Below, in pieces: positions 26,952 through 37,009 of a stretch of DNA of 43,364 nucleotides. The notes beneath the pieces are model-generated. The model worked only from the letters and a program-made list of their open reading frames with translations, was not told the DNA's origin and searched no databases. Position 1 is the stretch's first letter. Every line of letters begins with the position of its first letter. The DNA is from an uncultured Gammaproteobacteria bacterium (GTDB lineage: Bacteria > Actinomycetota > Acidimicrobiia > Spongiisociales > SHLN01). The position numbers were made by a program, and so were the translations under genes. The stretch lies in assembly GCA_964195005.1 (NCBI GenBank), contig CAXMOO010000078.1, positions 1-43,364 of the forward strand, in the 5' to 3' direction.

Positions 26952-26963
26952 CTCAAAGCCTGG

Positions 26964-28586
26964 CTAGAACTCCAAAACCACCGGTATCACGACGGGACGG
27001 CGGGCCGTTTCGCGACGGGTGACCGTGCGTACTGCCTGGACGATCTTGCGGCGGCAGTTGTCGGCGTCGGTTTTGCCCTTGCCCAACATGTCGATGATTT
27101 CTGTTTGGGCAGCTTTGAGGATCTCATCCGGCTCATCCATGAAACCATGACTGTCGAGATGGGGGCCGTGTACGACCTCGCCGGTTTGCATGTCCACGCC
27201 GACCGTCACCACGATGACACCATCGTCGGCCAAATGCCTTCGATCGCGGATCGCCGTGCGGACATCTCCCACACCGGTTCCGTCGAGATATACATAACCG
27301 GCGGGAACAGCTCTTCTCAACACCTTGGTCTTCTTCCCGTCGAGAACGATGGCGTCTCCGTCCTCGCACACGACAACCTCGGGGACGTTCATGGCCAGAG
27401 CAAGGTCGGCGTGAGCTCGCAAGTGGCGATACTCGCCGTGGACCGGCACAAAAGCTTGCGGCCGTACGACATTGAGAAAAGTCAGCAACTCGTCACGACT
27501 GCCGTGACCGGAGACGTGCACGTTGGCGTTACGGCCATGAAACACTCGAGCGCCCCGGCGGGTGAGGCCGTTGATAACCTGCGAAACCGACTTTTCGTTG
27601 CCCGGGATAGGCGTCGCCGAGATGAGCACCGTGTCGCCCTCATCCAGTTTGACCTTGCGATGTTCCCCGACTGCCATTAACGACAACGCAGCGAAGGGCT
27701 CTCCCTGACTGCCGGTGGAAATCACGCAGACATCACGCGGCTTCATCTCCAATATGTCGTCAATGCCGACAACGCTGTCCTGAGGCACGTTGATCACCTT
27801 CAGGTCTTGGGCGATATCGACATTTCGCACCATCGACCTGCCGAGAAACGCAACTTTGCGACCGGAGTCGAGGGCCGCATCCACGATCTGCTGAACGCGA
27901 TGAAGGTGGCTGGCAAAGCAAGCGGCAATCACCCGGCCGCTCGACTCCGCAATGATGTCGTAGAGGCTGTGACCCAGGGAGGATTCCGATGGCACGAAGC
28001 CTGACACTTCGGCGTTGGTGGAGTCGGCCAGAAGCAGGCGCACCCCCTGGCGCCCGAGCTCGGCAAACGTTGGCAAATCGGTGGTCCGCCCATCAACGGG
28101 AGTGGGGTCGAGCTTGAAATCGCCGGAATGGACAATCAGCCCCTCCGGCGTTTCAAGAGCTACTGCCGCACCCTGAGGTATGGAATGCGACACCGGCACC
28201 AGCTTGAAACGGAACGGCCCCTGCTCGGTCCATTCGTTGTCCGGCACAGGCTGGAAAACTGCGTCAATCTCGTTTTCCTCCACCCGGCTGGCAGCGAGCC
28301 GAACCGACAACTCCGTCCCGAAGACGGGCACATTGATTTCGGCCAGGAAATACGACAACGAGCCGACGTGGTCCTCGTGGCCGTGAGTGAGGATGACACA
28401 CTCAACGTCGTCTCTGCGCTCCACCAGCCAGCTGAAATCCGGTAACACCAGATCGACGCCAAGCATATGCTCGTCGGGGAACATCAAACCGCAATCGATA
28501 AGGGCAATTCGCCCGTCGATCTCCACTGCGGCACAGTTTCGACCTATCTCACCTAAGCCACCAAGGAAGGTCACCTGGACGCTCAT
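26964..28586 (-). CDS. rnj: Ribonuclease J
   Basis: Metallo-beta-lactamase HGHEDH, beta-CASP and C-terminal domain; N-terminus FLGGLGEIGRNC. Confidence 0.95.
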   Translation of the reverse strand: MSVQVTFLGGLGEIGRNCAAVEIDGRIALIDCGLMFPDEHMLGVDLVLPDFSWLVERRDDVECVILTHGHEDHVGSLSYFLAEINVPVFGTELSVRLAASRVEENEIDAVFQPVPDNEWTEQGPFRFKLVPVSHSIPQGAAVALETPEGLIVHSGDFKLDPTPVDGRTTDLPTFAELGRQGVRLLLADSTNAEVSGFVPSESSLGHSLYDIIAESSGRVIAACFASHLHRVQQIVDAALDSGRKVAFLGRSMVRNVDIAQDLKVINVPQDSVVGIDDILEMKPRDVCVISTGSQGEPFAALSLMAVGEHRKVKLDEGDTVLISATPIPGNEKSVSQVINGLTRRGARVFHGRNANVHVSGHGSRDELLTFLNVVRPQAFVPVHGEYRHLRAHADLALAMNVPEVVVCEDGDAIVLDGKKTKVLRRAVPAGYVYLDGTGVGDVRTAIRDRRHLADDGVIVVTVGVDMQTGEVVHGPHLDSHGFMDEPDEILKAAQTEIIDMLGKGKTDADNCRRKIVQAVRTVTRRETARRPVVIPVVLEF

Positions 28587-29470
28587 GAGTTTTGGGCGTT
28601 CGCCAACGCCTCCTTCACAGCGTCAACTGTTTCCGTGCTCGCCTGGATCAGGGGCAGGCGGGGATCCCCGACCGATCGCCACACCTGGCCCAGCACCCCT
28701 TTGAGAGGCATCGGGTTGGGCTCGAGGAAAAGGGCCTCGAAAACTGGGAGCAGCCGATCGTGAATGGGCTGCGCCGTGTCCAAATCCTTGTCGCGGGCGG
28801 CCGTGATCATCTGCTGAATCTGCTCGCCCACCAGATGGGAGGCCACCGAGACAACACCGACCGCGCCCAGCTTGACCATCGGTAGCGTCATGACGTCAGA
28901 CCCGGAGTAAACCGCAAAGCTCTCGTCCAGATCCTCCAGAGATCGGCGGGTGTAGTCGAGATCCTCAACCGCATCCTTGGTGGCCACGATCCGCGGATGT
29001 TGCGACAGCCGCAACATGGTCTCGACCTCGATGAGCCGGCTGGTCCGGCCCGGAATGTTGTAGACCATCATCGGGATGGCTACGGCATCGGCGATGGCTG
29101 TGAAATGCTGGACCAGGCCTTCCTGAGGAGGCTTGTTGTAATAAGGAGTCACGGCCAGGATGGCGTCGCATCCGACGTCCTCGGCCTCCCGGCTCAGTGC
29201 GATCGAGGCGGCCGTGTCGTAGGTTCCGGTGCCGGCGATTATCGGCGCTCGACCCCCGACGGCCTCCACGACAGTGCGAAAGACGCCCATTTTCTCGTCG
29301 TGGGAGAGAGTAGGCGCCTCGCCTGTTGTGCCACAGACCACTAACCCATCAGTGCCGGATGCGAGCAGCATGCGGGCCAGGTCCCAGGTCGCCTGGTAAT
29401 CGACTGCTCCGGCCTCATCGAAAGGGGTGACCATTGCCGTAAGCACTGAGCCAAACGGTGGAGTCGTCAT
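28583..29470 (-). CDS. dapA: 4-hydroxy-tetrahydrodipicolinate synthase
   Basis: FGSVLTAMVTPF, CGTTGE, YNIPGRT. Start set to ATG 29470. Confidence 0.9.
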   Translation of the reverse strand: MTTPPFGSVLTAMVTPFDEAGAVDYQATWDLARMLLASGTDGLVVCGTTGEAPTLSHDEKMGVFRTVVEAVGGRAPIIAGTGTYDTAASIALSREAEDVGCDAILAVTPYYNKPPQEGLVQHFTAIADAVAIPMMVYNIPGRTSRLIEVETMLRLSQHPRIVATKDAVEDLDYTRRSLEDLDESFAVYSGSDVMTLPMVKLGAVGVVSVASHLVGEQIQQMITAARDKDLDTAQPIHDRLLPVFEALFLEPNPMPLKGVLGQVWRSVGDPRLPLIQASTETVDAVKEALANAQNS

Positions 29471-29612
29471 AACGGCCACGGTAGCAGCCAGGGTTTGCAA
29501 ATAGAGTGCGGGAATATCCTGGACTCCAATAGGATTGACAGTGCTTTGCCTCGCAACGTTGGTGACCTTGCAAATGTTGCGGAGCGAGGCCCTAGCTGCT
29601 CGAGGTGATTGA

Positions 29613-30449
29613 ATGACCGAGTTTGTGAAAGAAGTCGACGCTCCGGAGTTCGCTGTTGAAGTCGTGCAGCGGAGCTATGAGGTGCCGGTCGTAGTCGACT
29701 TTTGGGCGGAGTGGTGTGGGCCCTGCCGCACTTTGGGCCCCATGCTGGAGAGCCTGGCCGAAGAACACGCGGGTGGTTTTGAGCTGGTGAAGGTCGACGT
29801 CGACAAGAACCAGGAGCTGGCGCGCCAGTTCAACGTCCAGGGGATCCCTTATGTGATGGCCTTCAAAGGAGGGCAACCCGTGAACGAATTCACCGGAGCC
29901 CTTCCCGAGGCCCAGGTGCGGGCCTGGCTCGAGAGCATCGTTCCCTCCGTCCTCGACAAGCAGGTGGACGCCGCCCGCGACGCCATGCTGGAAGGCAACG
30001 CCGCTCAGGCCGAAAAGATATTGCGAGCGGTACTCGCCGACAAGATGGACCACGAAGAAGCCGGCACCGCGCTGGCATCCCTTCTGCTGTCTCAGGGCCG
30101 CAACCCTGAAGCACTGGATGTTCTGGCACCGCTGTCCCCCACCGGTGAAGTCGAGAAGCTTCGGGCAACCGCCCGCCTTATCAGCAGCGAAGACCACGAC
30201 CTCTCTGCTCTCACGTCCGCGGTCGACTCTGATCCCGAAGACAGCCAGGCGCGGCTCGATCTGGGCCAGGCCCTGGCAGCCCAGGCCGAATTCGAGCCGG
30301 CCCTCGACCATTTCTTGGCCGTAGTCCGCATGAAGAACTCAGATCTCGAACAGGCTCGCGCGGCGATGGTTAACGTATTCGAGGTTCTCGGCAGCGGTCA
30401 CCCACTGGCCCAGACCTACCGTCGTGAGTTAGCCAACGCCCTCAGTTAG
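29613..30449 (+). CDS. Thioredoxin-domain plus TPR-like protein (YbbN/CnoX-like)
   Basis: WAEWCGPC thioredoxin motif followed by an about 170-aa helical repeat region. Confidence 0.8.
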   Translation: MTEFVKEVDAPEFAVEVVQRSYEVPVVVDFWAEWCGPCRTLGPMLESLAEEHAGGFELVKVDVDKNQELARQFNVQGIPYVMAFKGGQPVNEFTGALPEAQVRAWLESIVPSVLDKQVDAARDAMLEGNAAQAEKILRAVLADKMDHEEAGTALASLLLSQGRNPEALDVLAPLSPTGEVEKLRATARLISSEDHDLSALTSAVDSDPEDSQARLDLGQALAAQAEFEPALDHFLAVVRMKNSDLEQARAAMVNVFEVLGSGHPLAQTYRRELANALS

Positions 30450-31249
30450 TCAGAGGCAGATCCCGGGACGACGGTCCGCAGATTGTGAGCCATTCCCCAC
30501 AGCCGTCCGTATGCCTCGGACTCACTGAATTTGGCGACACGGCGGGCGATCTCCTCGTCGGGCACCGAACCGCGATTAGCTCCCCCGCTGGCGTTTACCG
30601 TCGGCCACTCATCGAGAAATTCCTCAGTTCGATCTGTTGGCTCCAGGCCGAGGAAGCTGAATAGGTAGGCCGCTTGCTGTTTCCGCGCCACTGGATCGCG
30701 GCCGGTGCGGTCGACATCGAACACGAACAGGTCGCCTGAGGCGTAGAGCTTGTGGGCAATCCGCAACGACTCCTCGTAGCGAGCGTGAAATGCTTCGGGC
30801 TCGAAATCGCCCCAGTTCTCCATGCGGAGCGTGGAGTTGTAAACATCGGCCGGATTGCGGATCGCGTACACCCATTGAGGAGGGAACTCACCCAACACCG
30901 AGGCGAAGTCTTCATGGAGCTCCTCGGCGTTCGGCTGCTTGAGCCCAAAACGGCGTTGCCCGGTGTCGTCGTGCATATCCCAGTCGCGGCCGCTCCCCCA
31001 GATGTTTCTCAATAATTCGACGACCCGGGCTTCGACGTCACTTTCCGTAAAGGGCCGCCACGATTGGGAACCCAGAGTCCGGCTCACCTGGCTCAACAAC
31101 TCGAAAATCGCCGGCGTGCTGGCCGGGTCCATCTCCGGGAAGATCACCACGCCGGGGGATGTCTTGATGAACTCGCCAAGCAAGGAGGTCCCCGACCGGG
31201 CCATGCCACAGACAATGATGGGACGGGTTGGTGGAGCTACGGGTGCCAT
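30446..31249 (-). CDS. Sulfotransferase family protein
   Basis: N-terminal PAPS-binding-type loop IIVCGMARSGTSLL; about 267 aa. Confidence 0.65.
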   Translation of the reverse strand: MAPVAPPTRPIIVCGMARSGTSLLGEFIKTSPGVVIFPEMDPASTPAIFELLSQVSRTLGSQSWRPFTESDVEARVVELLRNIWGSGRDWDMHDDTGQRRFGLKQPNAEELHEDFASVLGEFPPQWVYAIRNPADVYNSTLRMENWGDFEPEAFHARYEESLRIAHKLYASGDLFVFDVDRTGRDPVARKQQAAYLFSFLGLEPTDRTEEFLDEWPTVNASGGANRGSVPDEEIARRVAKFSESEAYGRLWGMAHNLRTVVPGSASD

Positions 31250-31335
31250 CGCAGCACAAGACTAGGCCTCGCGTTCCCCAGCGCTCGGCAGGCTTCGGGC
31301 GACGTAGAATCAGAACAGACCACAAGGAGGAAACC

Positions 31336-31512
31336 ATGCTCAAGCCCGGAATGAAGGTGGAGCAACTAACCAAGAAAGTGGGTCAGGTTGCACGCCAGGG
31401 CAAGGTCATCGCCGTCAAGGGGAATTCCATTGAAGTCACCTGGGACGACGACCACACCTCAATCGTCTCACCCGAGAGCCTGCACGCTCTCGGCCAGAAG
31501 TCCAAGGCCTAA
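31336..31512 (+). CDS. Small (58 aa) hypothetical protein, SH3-like/DUF1918-like
   Basis: AAGGAGG 7 nt upstream of ATG 31336: MLKPGMKVEQL...IEVTWDDDHTSIV. The family guess is weak. Confidence 0.5.
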   Translation: MLKPGMKVEQLTKKVGQVARQGKVIAVKGNSIEVTWDDDHTSIVSPESLHALGQKSKA

Positions 31513-31552
31513 TTCAACCCAACTCAAGGGATTTCTCCTTCTCGAGGAGGAA

Positions 31553-31571
31553 GGAGGGAACGGTTCCCTCC
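31553..31571. terminator. Palindromic hairpin ggagggaac-g-gttccctcc downstream of the small gene
   Basis: Perfect 9+9 inverted repeat read directly, lying between convergent genes. Confidence 0.45.
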
Positions 31572-31578
31572 AATTACG

Positions 31579-31627
31579 CCTCCCCCTCCTCGCCCTCGCT
31601 TCGCTCAGGCGGTCCACCCCCAGGAGG
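31579..31627 (+). repeat. R1 C-rich 49-nt intergenic repeat, copy b
   Basis: cctccccctcctcgccctcgcttcgctcaggcggtccacccccaggagg. Confidence 0.75.
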
Positions 31628-31636
31628 ACATAAGAG

Positions 31637-32887
31637 CTAGTTGCGCTCGAGGATCAGGGCGGCTGCCGTCGCTCCGGCTCCGCAGATGCTGACCAGGCCG
31701 TAGCGGACGTCCCGTCGGGCCATTTCATTGGCAAGGGTGGTGATGATGCGAGCGCCCGTGGCTGCAAAAGGATGCCCCACGGAGATCGAGCTTCCGAGCG
31801 GGTTGAGCTTGGTGCGGTCGAGCTTGCCGATGGGCGGCTCCTTCCAGCCTTGCTCCCAAGCCGCCAGATTGGACGCTACCTGGCCACCGAAGGCCTCATG
31901 CATCTCGACAATGTCCATGTCATCCAGTTCCAGGCCGTTGCGGCGCAGGAGCCGGGGGACTGCAACACCGGGGCCCATCAAGAGCCCATCAGCCGGATCG
32001 ATGCCAACAAACTCCATGTCCTTGATGAAAGCCAGTGGCTCAAGACCTTCCACTCTGGCTCGGGCTTCGGCCATGAGGACCACCGCGGCGGCTCCGTCTG
32101 TGAGCGGGCTCGAGTTGCCGGCCGTCAGGGTACCGGTCGGCGTAGGGTCGAAAACCGGCTTGAGTTTTGCCAGTTGCTCCATCGACGTATCCGGACGGAT
32201 GATCGGGTCGTAGTCGAGCCCGTCGAGAGGAACGATCTCGGCCTTGAGCCGACCATCCTCGGTGGCAGCAGCTGCGTTCATGTGGCTTCGGTAAGCGATC
32301 TCATCTTGCTCTTCGCGCGAGATCTTCCATTCCTTCACCATCAGCTCTGTGTGCTCTCCCATCGACAGCCCGGTAGATGGCTCTTCGACGCCGGGGGCAG
32401 TAGGCGCCAGGTCCTTGGGCCGAAGCTTGGCGAACAGCTTCAGCCGGTCACTAAGGGATTTCGCCCCGGCAGCATCCAGAAAGATCCGGCTGGCTTTCTC
32501 GGAAACCAACACCGACGGATTCGACATCGACTCGACGCCTCCGGCCATGCCGACTTCAGCGCGGCCGGCCATGATCGAATCAACCACCAACTCAACCCCC
32601 GAGGCGCTGGTGATGCAATTGTCGGTAATGGTCAGCGAACGAGTCGAAACAGGAAGCTTGCTCGAGAAGTTGACCTCGCGAGCCAGGTGCGGCACCCGAG
32701 CGTCTACCACCACGATTCCAAACACGAGCGTGTCGACAATGTTCGGATCGACGTCGAGTTTGTCGAGGACACCATCAACAGAATGAACGGCCAGGTCAAG
32801 GGCCCTGTGCTTGCGAAACTTCGTGCCGGCCTTGACGAATGGGGTGCGGGCTCCGCCGACGACGGCCACGCGGGTGCTATCACTCAT
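31637..32887 (-). CDS. Acetyl-CoA C-acyltransferase (thiolase)
   Basis: VAVVGGARTPFVKAGT N-terminus and C-terminal GLVSICGAGATAAALILE. Start at ATG 32887 with GGAGGAATCAGGAC upstream. Confidence 0.85.
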   Translation of the reverse strand: MSDSTRVAVVGGARTPFVKAGTKFRKHRALDLAVHSVDGVLDKLDVDPNIVDTLVFGIVVVDARVPHLAREVNFSSKLPVSTRSLTITDNCITSASGVELVVDSIMAGRAEVGMAGGVESMSNPSVLVSEKASRIFLDAAGAKSLSDRLKLFAKLRPKDLAPTAPGVEEPSTGLSMGEHTELMVKEWKISREEQDEIAYRSHMNAAAATEDGRLKAEIVPLDGLDYDPIIRPDTSMEQLAKLKPVFDPTPTGTLTAGNSSPLTDGAAAVVLMAEARARVEGLEPLAFIKDMEFVGIDPADGLLMGPGVAVPRLLRRNGLELDDMDIVEMHEAFGGQVASNLAAWEQGWKEPPIGKLDRTKLNPLGSSISVGHPFAATGARIITTLANEMARRDVRYGLVSICGAGATAAALILERN

Positions 32888-32960
32888 GTCCTGATTCCTC
32901 CAACTTGGTGCACCGTGTTCAACGCGCCCCGGATGTCCAAAATGCCCGAAAACCCGGACC

Positions 32961-33197
32961 TCAACGGTGGGGGTCCCGACGGGTCTCAAGCAAAGCGGCC
33001 AATTCTTCTCTACTCAAGCCCTCGCGCTTAACCCACTTCTTGGCCCACCAAGCAGGGTCGTAGCCGTCGTTGAGATCGGGGATCGGCTCACCGGCGCCGG
33101 GAAGGTCGTCGAAGTCACCCTTTTCCATGGCCTCGCGAATCCGTCGGTCGGCCAACGACGGGATGTACCGCGCATCGATCCTCTTCTTCTCGCTCAT
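32961..33197 (-). CDS. DUF1992 (DnaJ-C28-like) small protein
   Basis: IREAMEKGDFDDLPGAGEPI signature. Confidence 0.7.
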   Translation of the reverse strand: MSEKKRIDARYIPSLADRRIREAMEKGDFDDLPGAGEPIPDLNDGYDPAWWAKKWVKREGLSREELAALLETRRDPHR

Positions 33198-33934
33198 GAG
33201 TCCAACACACTGTCGAGCCCGACCGTTACGCCGGCGAGGTCGGAAACCTTCCTGATAGCTACCAACACGCCCGGCAGGTAGGCAGTCCGATCGGTCACAT
33301 CGTGCCGAATGGAAAGCGTCTCGCCGGGTCTTCCCAAGATGACCTCCTGATGGGCCAGCAGCCCTGGAAGGCGTATTGCGTGGATGGGGACGCCCTCGAC
33401 CAACCCACCCCGGGCTCCCGTCACCAGCTCATTCGATTCCGTGGCCCGCTCCTGGGTCCCGGCAGCTCCGACCCGGCCGGCGGTGGCAATAGCCGTTCCG
33501 GACGGGGCGTCAACCTTCTTGTCATGATGCAACTCGATGATCTCGGCGGCATCGAAATGGCGGGCAGCCTGTTCGGCAAAACGCATTGCCAGCGCCGCCC
33601 CAATTGAAAAGTTGGGAACTACCAAGCAGTTGGGCGGACCATCGCCGAACAGGTCCCTGACCGCGCCGATCCTCTCTTCAGTGAAGCCCGAAGTGCCAAC
33701 CACCGAGTGGAGCCCGAGCCGCTGCCAGGCTTGCAGGTTGTCCATAACGGCATCTGGAGGGCAGAACTCCACCACCACCTCCGCCCCCGCTAGGCCTGCG
33801 CGATCTGCGATCGTCCCGTCCCTTCCCCTGGGGTCGTACCGGCCTGCCAACTCGAGGTCGGCGGCTGCTTCGACTGCGGCCCCGACGAGGCGGCCCATCC
33901 GCCCGGCCCCCCCGGAAACAACCACCCTCGTCAT
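33194..33934 (-). CDS. dapB: 4-hydroxy-tetrahydrodipicolinate reductase
   Basis: VVSGGAGRMG, EIIELHHDKKVDAPSGTA. Confidence 0.9.
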   Translation of the reverse strand: MTRVVVSGGAGRMGRLVGAAVEAAADLELAGRYDPRGRDGTIADRAGLAGAEVVVEFCPPDAVMDNLQAWQRLGLHSVVGTSGFTEERIGAVRDLFGDGPPNCLVVPNFSIGAALAMRFAEQAARHFDAAEIIELHHDKKVDAPSGTAIATAGRVGAAGTQERATESNELVTGARGGLVEGVPIHAIRLPGLLAHQEVILGRPGETLSIRHDVTDRTAYLPGVLVAIRKVSDLAGVTVGLDSVLDS

Positions 33935-35181
33935 GTGATAAAGAATTCGAGCTCGGACGCGGAGTTGGGCCCGGTCGCGCCGATCACGAAGGGACCGCCG
34001 AGGAACTCAATGGCTATCCCCCGGAGGTCCTCCAGTGTCACCGCATCGAACCGGGCCAGTGTCTCATCGAGGCTGAGGTGCGTGTCACCCGTGATTTCTT
34101 CGCGACCGAGGCGGATCATCCGGTTGTTGGGGTCCTCCTGGGTGAGTGCCAGGCTTCCCTGCACATGTCCCTTGGCACGATCGAGCTCTTCGGAAGTCAC
34201 ACCCTGACCTATGACATTGTTGAACTCGGTCTTGACCAATTCGAGAACCTGGTCGGTCTGGCTGGGCGTGGTGCCCACATAGACCCCGAACCCACCGGCG
34301 TCGGCGTAGGGGAACCGGAAGGTGTACACCCCGTATGCCAGGCCGCGCTGCTCACGGATTTCTCGGAATAGCCGCGAGGACATCCCGCCCCCCAGTATGT
34401 GGCTGAGGAGCCCGAAAGCGAACCGGCGGTCGTCACCCCGCACCAGCCCGAGACCCCCGATAACAAGATGAGTCTGTTCGGTCTCTCGATGGCGAATATT
34501 CACACGGGGGTCGACCGACGCCGGGGCATGGTCGTGAGTAGATGATCTCGACTCCCAGTCGCCGAAATGCTCCTCAACCAGCCGGACGACTTCGTTATGC
34601 GCGGCACTTCCGCTGACGGCCACGACGGTGGCGCCGGCGTGGTAACGGCGGCCCCAGAAGCCGTCGATGTCATCCCTGCTCATTTCGGTTATCGACTCTT
34701 TGGTCCCGAGGACCGGCCGCTCGAGTGCATGCCCGCGAAACAGGGCCTGGAAAAACTGCTCAAAAGCCACATCGGTGGGATCGTCCTCGTTCATGTTGAT
34801 CTCCTCCAGCACCACGTGCTTTTCAGAGTCGATCTCGTTCTGGCGAAACGCGGGACGCCGAACCATCTCGCCGAGGATCTCGAGCCCGAGCGGCAGATCG
34901 TCGTCACGCAGGCGGGCCCAGTAGCAAGTTTGCTCTTTGCTCGTAAAGGCGTTGGAGCGACCCCCCACTGCGTCGAAGGACTCGGCAATGTCTCGCGCCG
35001 ACAGGCGATCGGTGCCCTTGAAAAGGAGATGTTCGAGGAAGTGGGCCGCCCCGGCCTCGTTGGTCCTCTCATCCCGGGTCCCGCAATCGGCCCATACTCC
35101 CAGCGCCACCGATCGAACATCGGGCATTTCTTCGGTGATGACCCGCAGGCCGTTGGAAAGTGTTGTCAGTTCGTAGTACAT
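33931..35181 (-). CDS. M16 (pitrilysin/insulinase) family zinc peptidase
   Basis: HFLEHLLFKGT inverted zinc motif. Start set to ATG 35181 (MYYELTTLSNGLRV). Confidence 0.85.
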   Translation of the reverse strand: MYYELTTLSNGLRVITEEMPDVRSVALGVWADCGTRDERTNEAGAAHFLEHLLFKGTDRLSARDIAESFDAVGGRSNAFTSKEQTCYWARLRDDDLPLGLEILGEMVRRPAFRQNEIDSEKHVVLEEINMNEDDPTDVAFEQFFQALFRGHALERPVLGTKESITEMSRDDIDGFWGRRYHAGATVVAVSGSAAHNEVVRLVEEHFGDWESRSSTHDHAPASVDPRVNIRHRETEQTHLVIGGLGLVRGDDRRFAFGLLSHILGGGMSSRLFREIREQRGLAYGVYTFRFPYADAGGFGVYVGTTPSQTDQVLELVKTEFNNVIGQGVTSEELDRAKGHVQGSLALTQEDPNNRMIRLGREEITGDTHLSLDETLARFDAVTLEDLRGIAIEFLGGPFVIGATGPNSASELEFFIT

Positions 35182-35337
35182 CGACGGCGGATGATAGGAA
35201 CGACGAGAGCGCAACGATGAGTCAAAGGGACGAAAAGCCCATTGAGAGACCACACAAGCCGGAATACGGTTGAAGCAGACTCCGGAAGGGAGTTGCCATG
35301 AACGGGACATGGCCGGTCAACCCATCGCCCCACAGGG

Positions 35338-35772
35338 TCAATCCTGCGTCTCCCCGGGGGCAGCAAGTTTCTGGCCCAACAAGCGTTCCACCAGACCAGT
35401 AACCCGGGCGTCAATCTCATCGCGAATGAGCCGCACAGCCTCCAGATCTCTCCCCGCCGGATCGTCGAGCTCCCAATCTTCGTAGGCAATGCCCGGATAA
35501 ACGGGACAAGCATCGCCGCAACCCATGGTGATGACCACATCGGATGCAGCCACCACCTCGTCCTGTAGGACTTTGGGCTGCTCCTGCGAGAGGTCGATGC
35601 CGATCTCGGCCATTGCCTCCAAGACTGCCGGATTGACCTGCTCGGCGGGCTCCGTTCCGGCCGATCGAACATCGATCGATCCCTCGCCGCGCATGGCCGT
35701 GAGAGCCGCTGCCATTTGGCTACGACCGGCGTTGTGCACGCACACGAACAGAACCTGAGAGGAGTCACTCAT
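35338..35772 (-). CDS. arsC: Arsenate reductase, LMW-PTP family
   Basis: VLFVCVHNAGRSQMA (CX5R-S loop) and TMGCGDACP. Confidence 0.8.
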   Translation of the reverse strand: MSDSSQVLFVCVHNAGRSQMAAALTAMRGEGSIDVRSAGTEPAEQVNPAVLEAMAEIGIDLSQEQPKVLQDEVVAASDVVITMGCGDACPVYPGIAYEDWELDDPAGRDLEAVRLIRDEIDARVTGLVERLLGQKLAAPGETQD

Positions 35773-35857
35773 GGCAACCGCAGTCTGGCACTCGATATGG
35801 TGAAGCAGCGTATCAGCGCGTTAGCCTCCCGGCCGTAACCGGAGCTCGAGCAGTCAT

Positions 35858-36997
35858 ATGGCGATAAGCCAGCCGACAATTGAACGCCGATTCCCTACCT
35901 GGGCCCGCCTGCTGCTGGTCATCGGGCTCCTGTATTCGTTCCTCGCCGGCGTCAAGTTTCTCGAAAGCGGCATTAAGGCCTTCGGATCGGATGTAGCCGC
36001 CAACCTCTTCGACGGCATCTCCAACCCGCTGGCGGGCTTGTTCGCAGGGATCCTCGCCACCGTCCTCGTTCAATCGTCGTCGGTCACCACCGCCACCATT
36101 GTGGGTCTAGTCGGTTCCGGCACCCTTCCGTTCGACACCGCCGTACCCATGATCATGGGTGCCAACATCGGGACGACGGTCACCAACACGCTGGCGTCGC
36201 TGGGGCACATTCGACGCAGTGAGGAATTCAAGCGGGCCTTCGCCGGGGCCACGATGCACGACTTCTTCAACCTGCTGGCCGTCTCCGTCCTCCTCCCGTT
36301 GGAGTTGATCACCGGCTTCCTCTCCAAAATCGCCGAGGAAATCGCGGATTGGCTGTCCGATGCCGGTGTCCAGGGCGGCAAGTTGGGAGACAGCCCCCTG
36401 AAGCAAGCGGTGAGCTGGCCGGTTGATCGGGTCAAGGATGTACTCGATGGGGCGAGTGACAACCTGCTCGGCGTGGCATTGCTGGTGATCGGCCTTGCCT
36501 TGATCTTTCTGAGCCTGGCCTTCATCACCAAGAACATGAAGGAGATGCTGGCCGGACGTATCGAGCGATCGATCAACGAGGTCCTTTCCCGCGGCGGCGG
36601 CGTGGCAGCGATGGTCGTCGGCCTGATAATGACCGTCGCCGTCCAAAGCAGCTCGATCACCACTTCGATCCTGATCCCCATCATTGCCGCGGGTGTGCTC
36701 ACACTCCGGAACGCCTACCCCATCACCCTCGGTGCCAATTTGGGCACAACCGTCACTGCGCTACTGGCATCCCTGGCAACCGACCGGCCGGAAGCCTTGG
36801 CAATCGCCCTCACCCACACCCTGTTCAATGTCTTCGGAATCCTGCTCTTCTACCCGTTGCCGCAGCTCCGATACCTGCCCATCAGGGCGGCCGAGAAACT
36901 GGCCGACGTCGCCATATCCAATCGGGCCATTGCTCTCAGCTACGTGGTTGTTACATTCGTCATCATCCCCCTTTTAGGAATAGTGTTGTTGAGATGA
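35858..36997 (+). CDS. Na+/phosphate cotransporter family protein
   Basis: Duplicated QSSS(V/I)TT...GANIGTT / GANLGTT motifs in a polytopic membrane protein. Confidence 0.8.
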   Translation: MAISQPTIERRFPTWARLLLVIGLLYSFLAGVKFLESGIKAFGSDVAANLFDGISNPLAGLFAGILATVLVQSSSVTTATIVGLVGSGTLPFDTAVPMIMGANIGTTVTNTLASLGHIRRSEEFKRAFAGATMHDFFNLLAVSVLLPLELITGFLSKIAEEIADWLSDAGVQGGKLGDSPLKQAVSWPVDRVKDVLDGASDNLLGVALLVIGLALIFLSLAFITKNMKEMLAGRIERSINEVLSRGGGVAAMVVGLIMTVAVQSSSITTSILIPIIAAGVLTLRNAYPITLGANLGTTVTALLASLATDRPEALAIALTHTLFNVFGILLFYPLPQLRYLPIRAAEKLADVAISNRAIALSYVVVTFVIIPLLGIVLLR

Positions 36998-37009
36998 AGG
37001 AGGCCGCCG

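Noticed and set aside
29501-29612. Lysine riboswitch upstream of dapA
   Set aside because: The region has only one imperfect hairpin (gcctcgc...gcgaggc) and is too short for the ~180-nt L-box. It is more likely a divergent promoter region.
31772-33031. 419-aa plus-strand ORF
   Set aside because: It is antisense to the thiolase gene and has no motifs.
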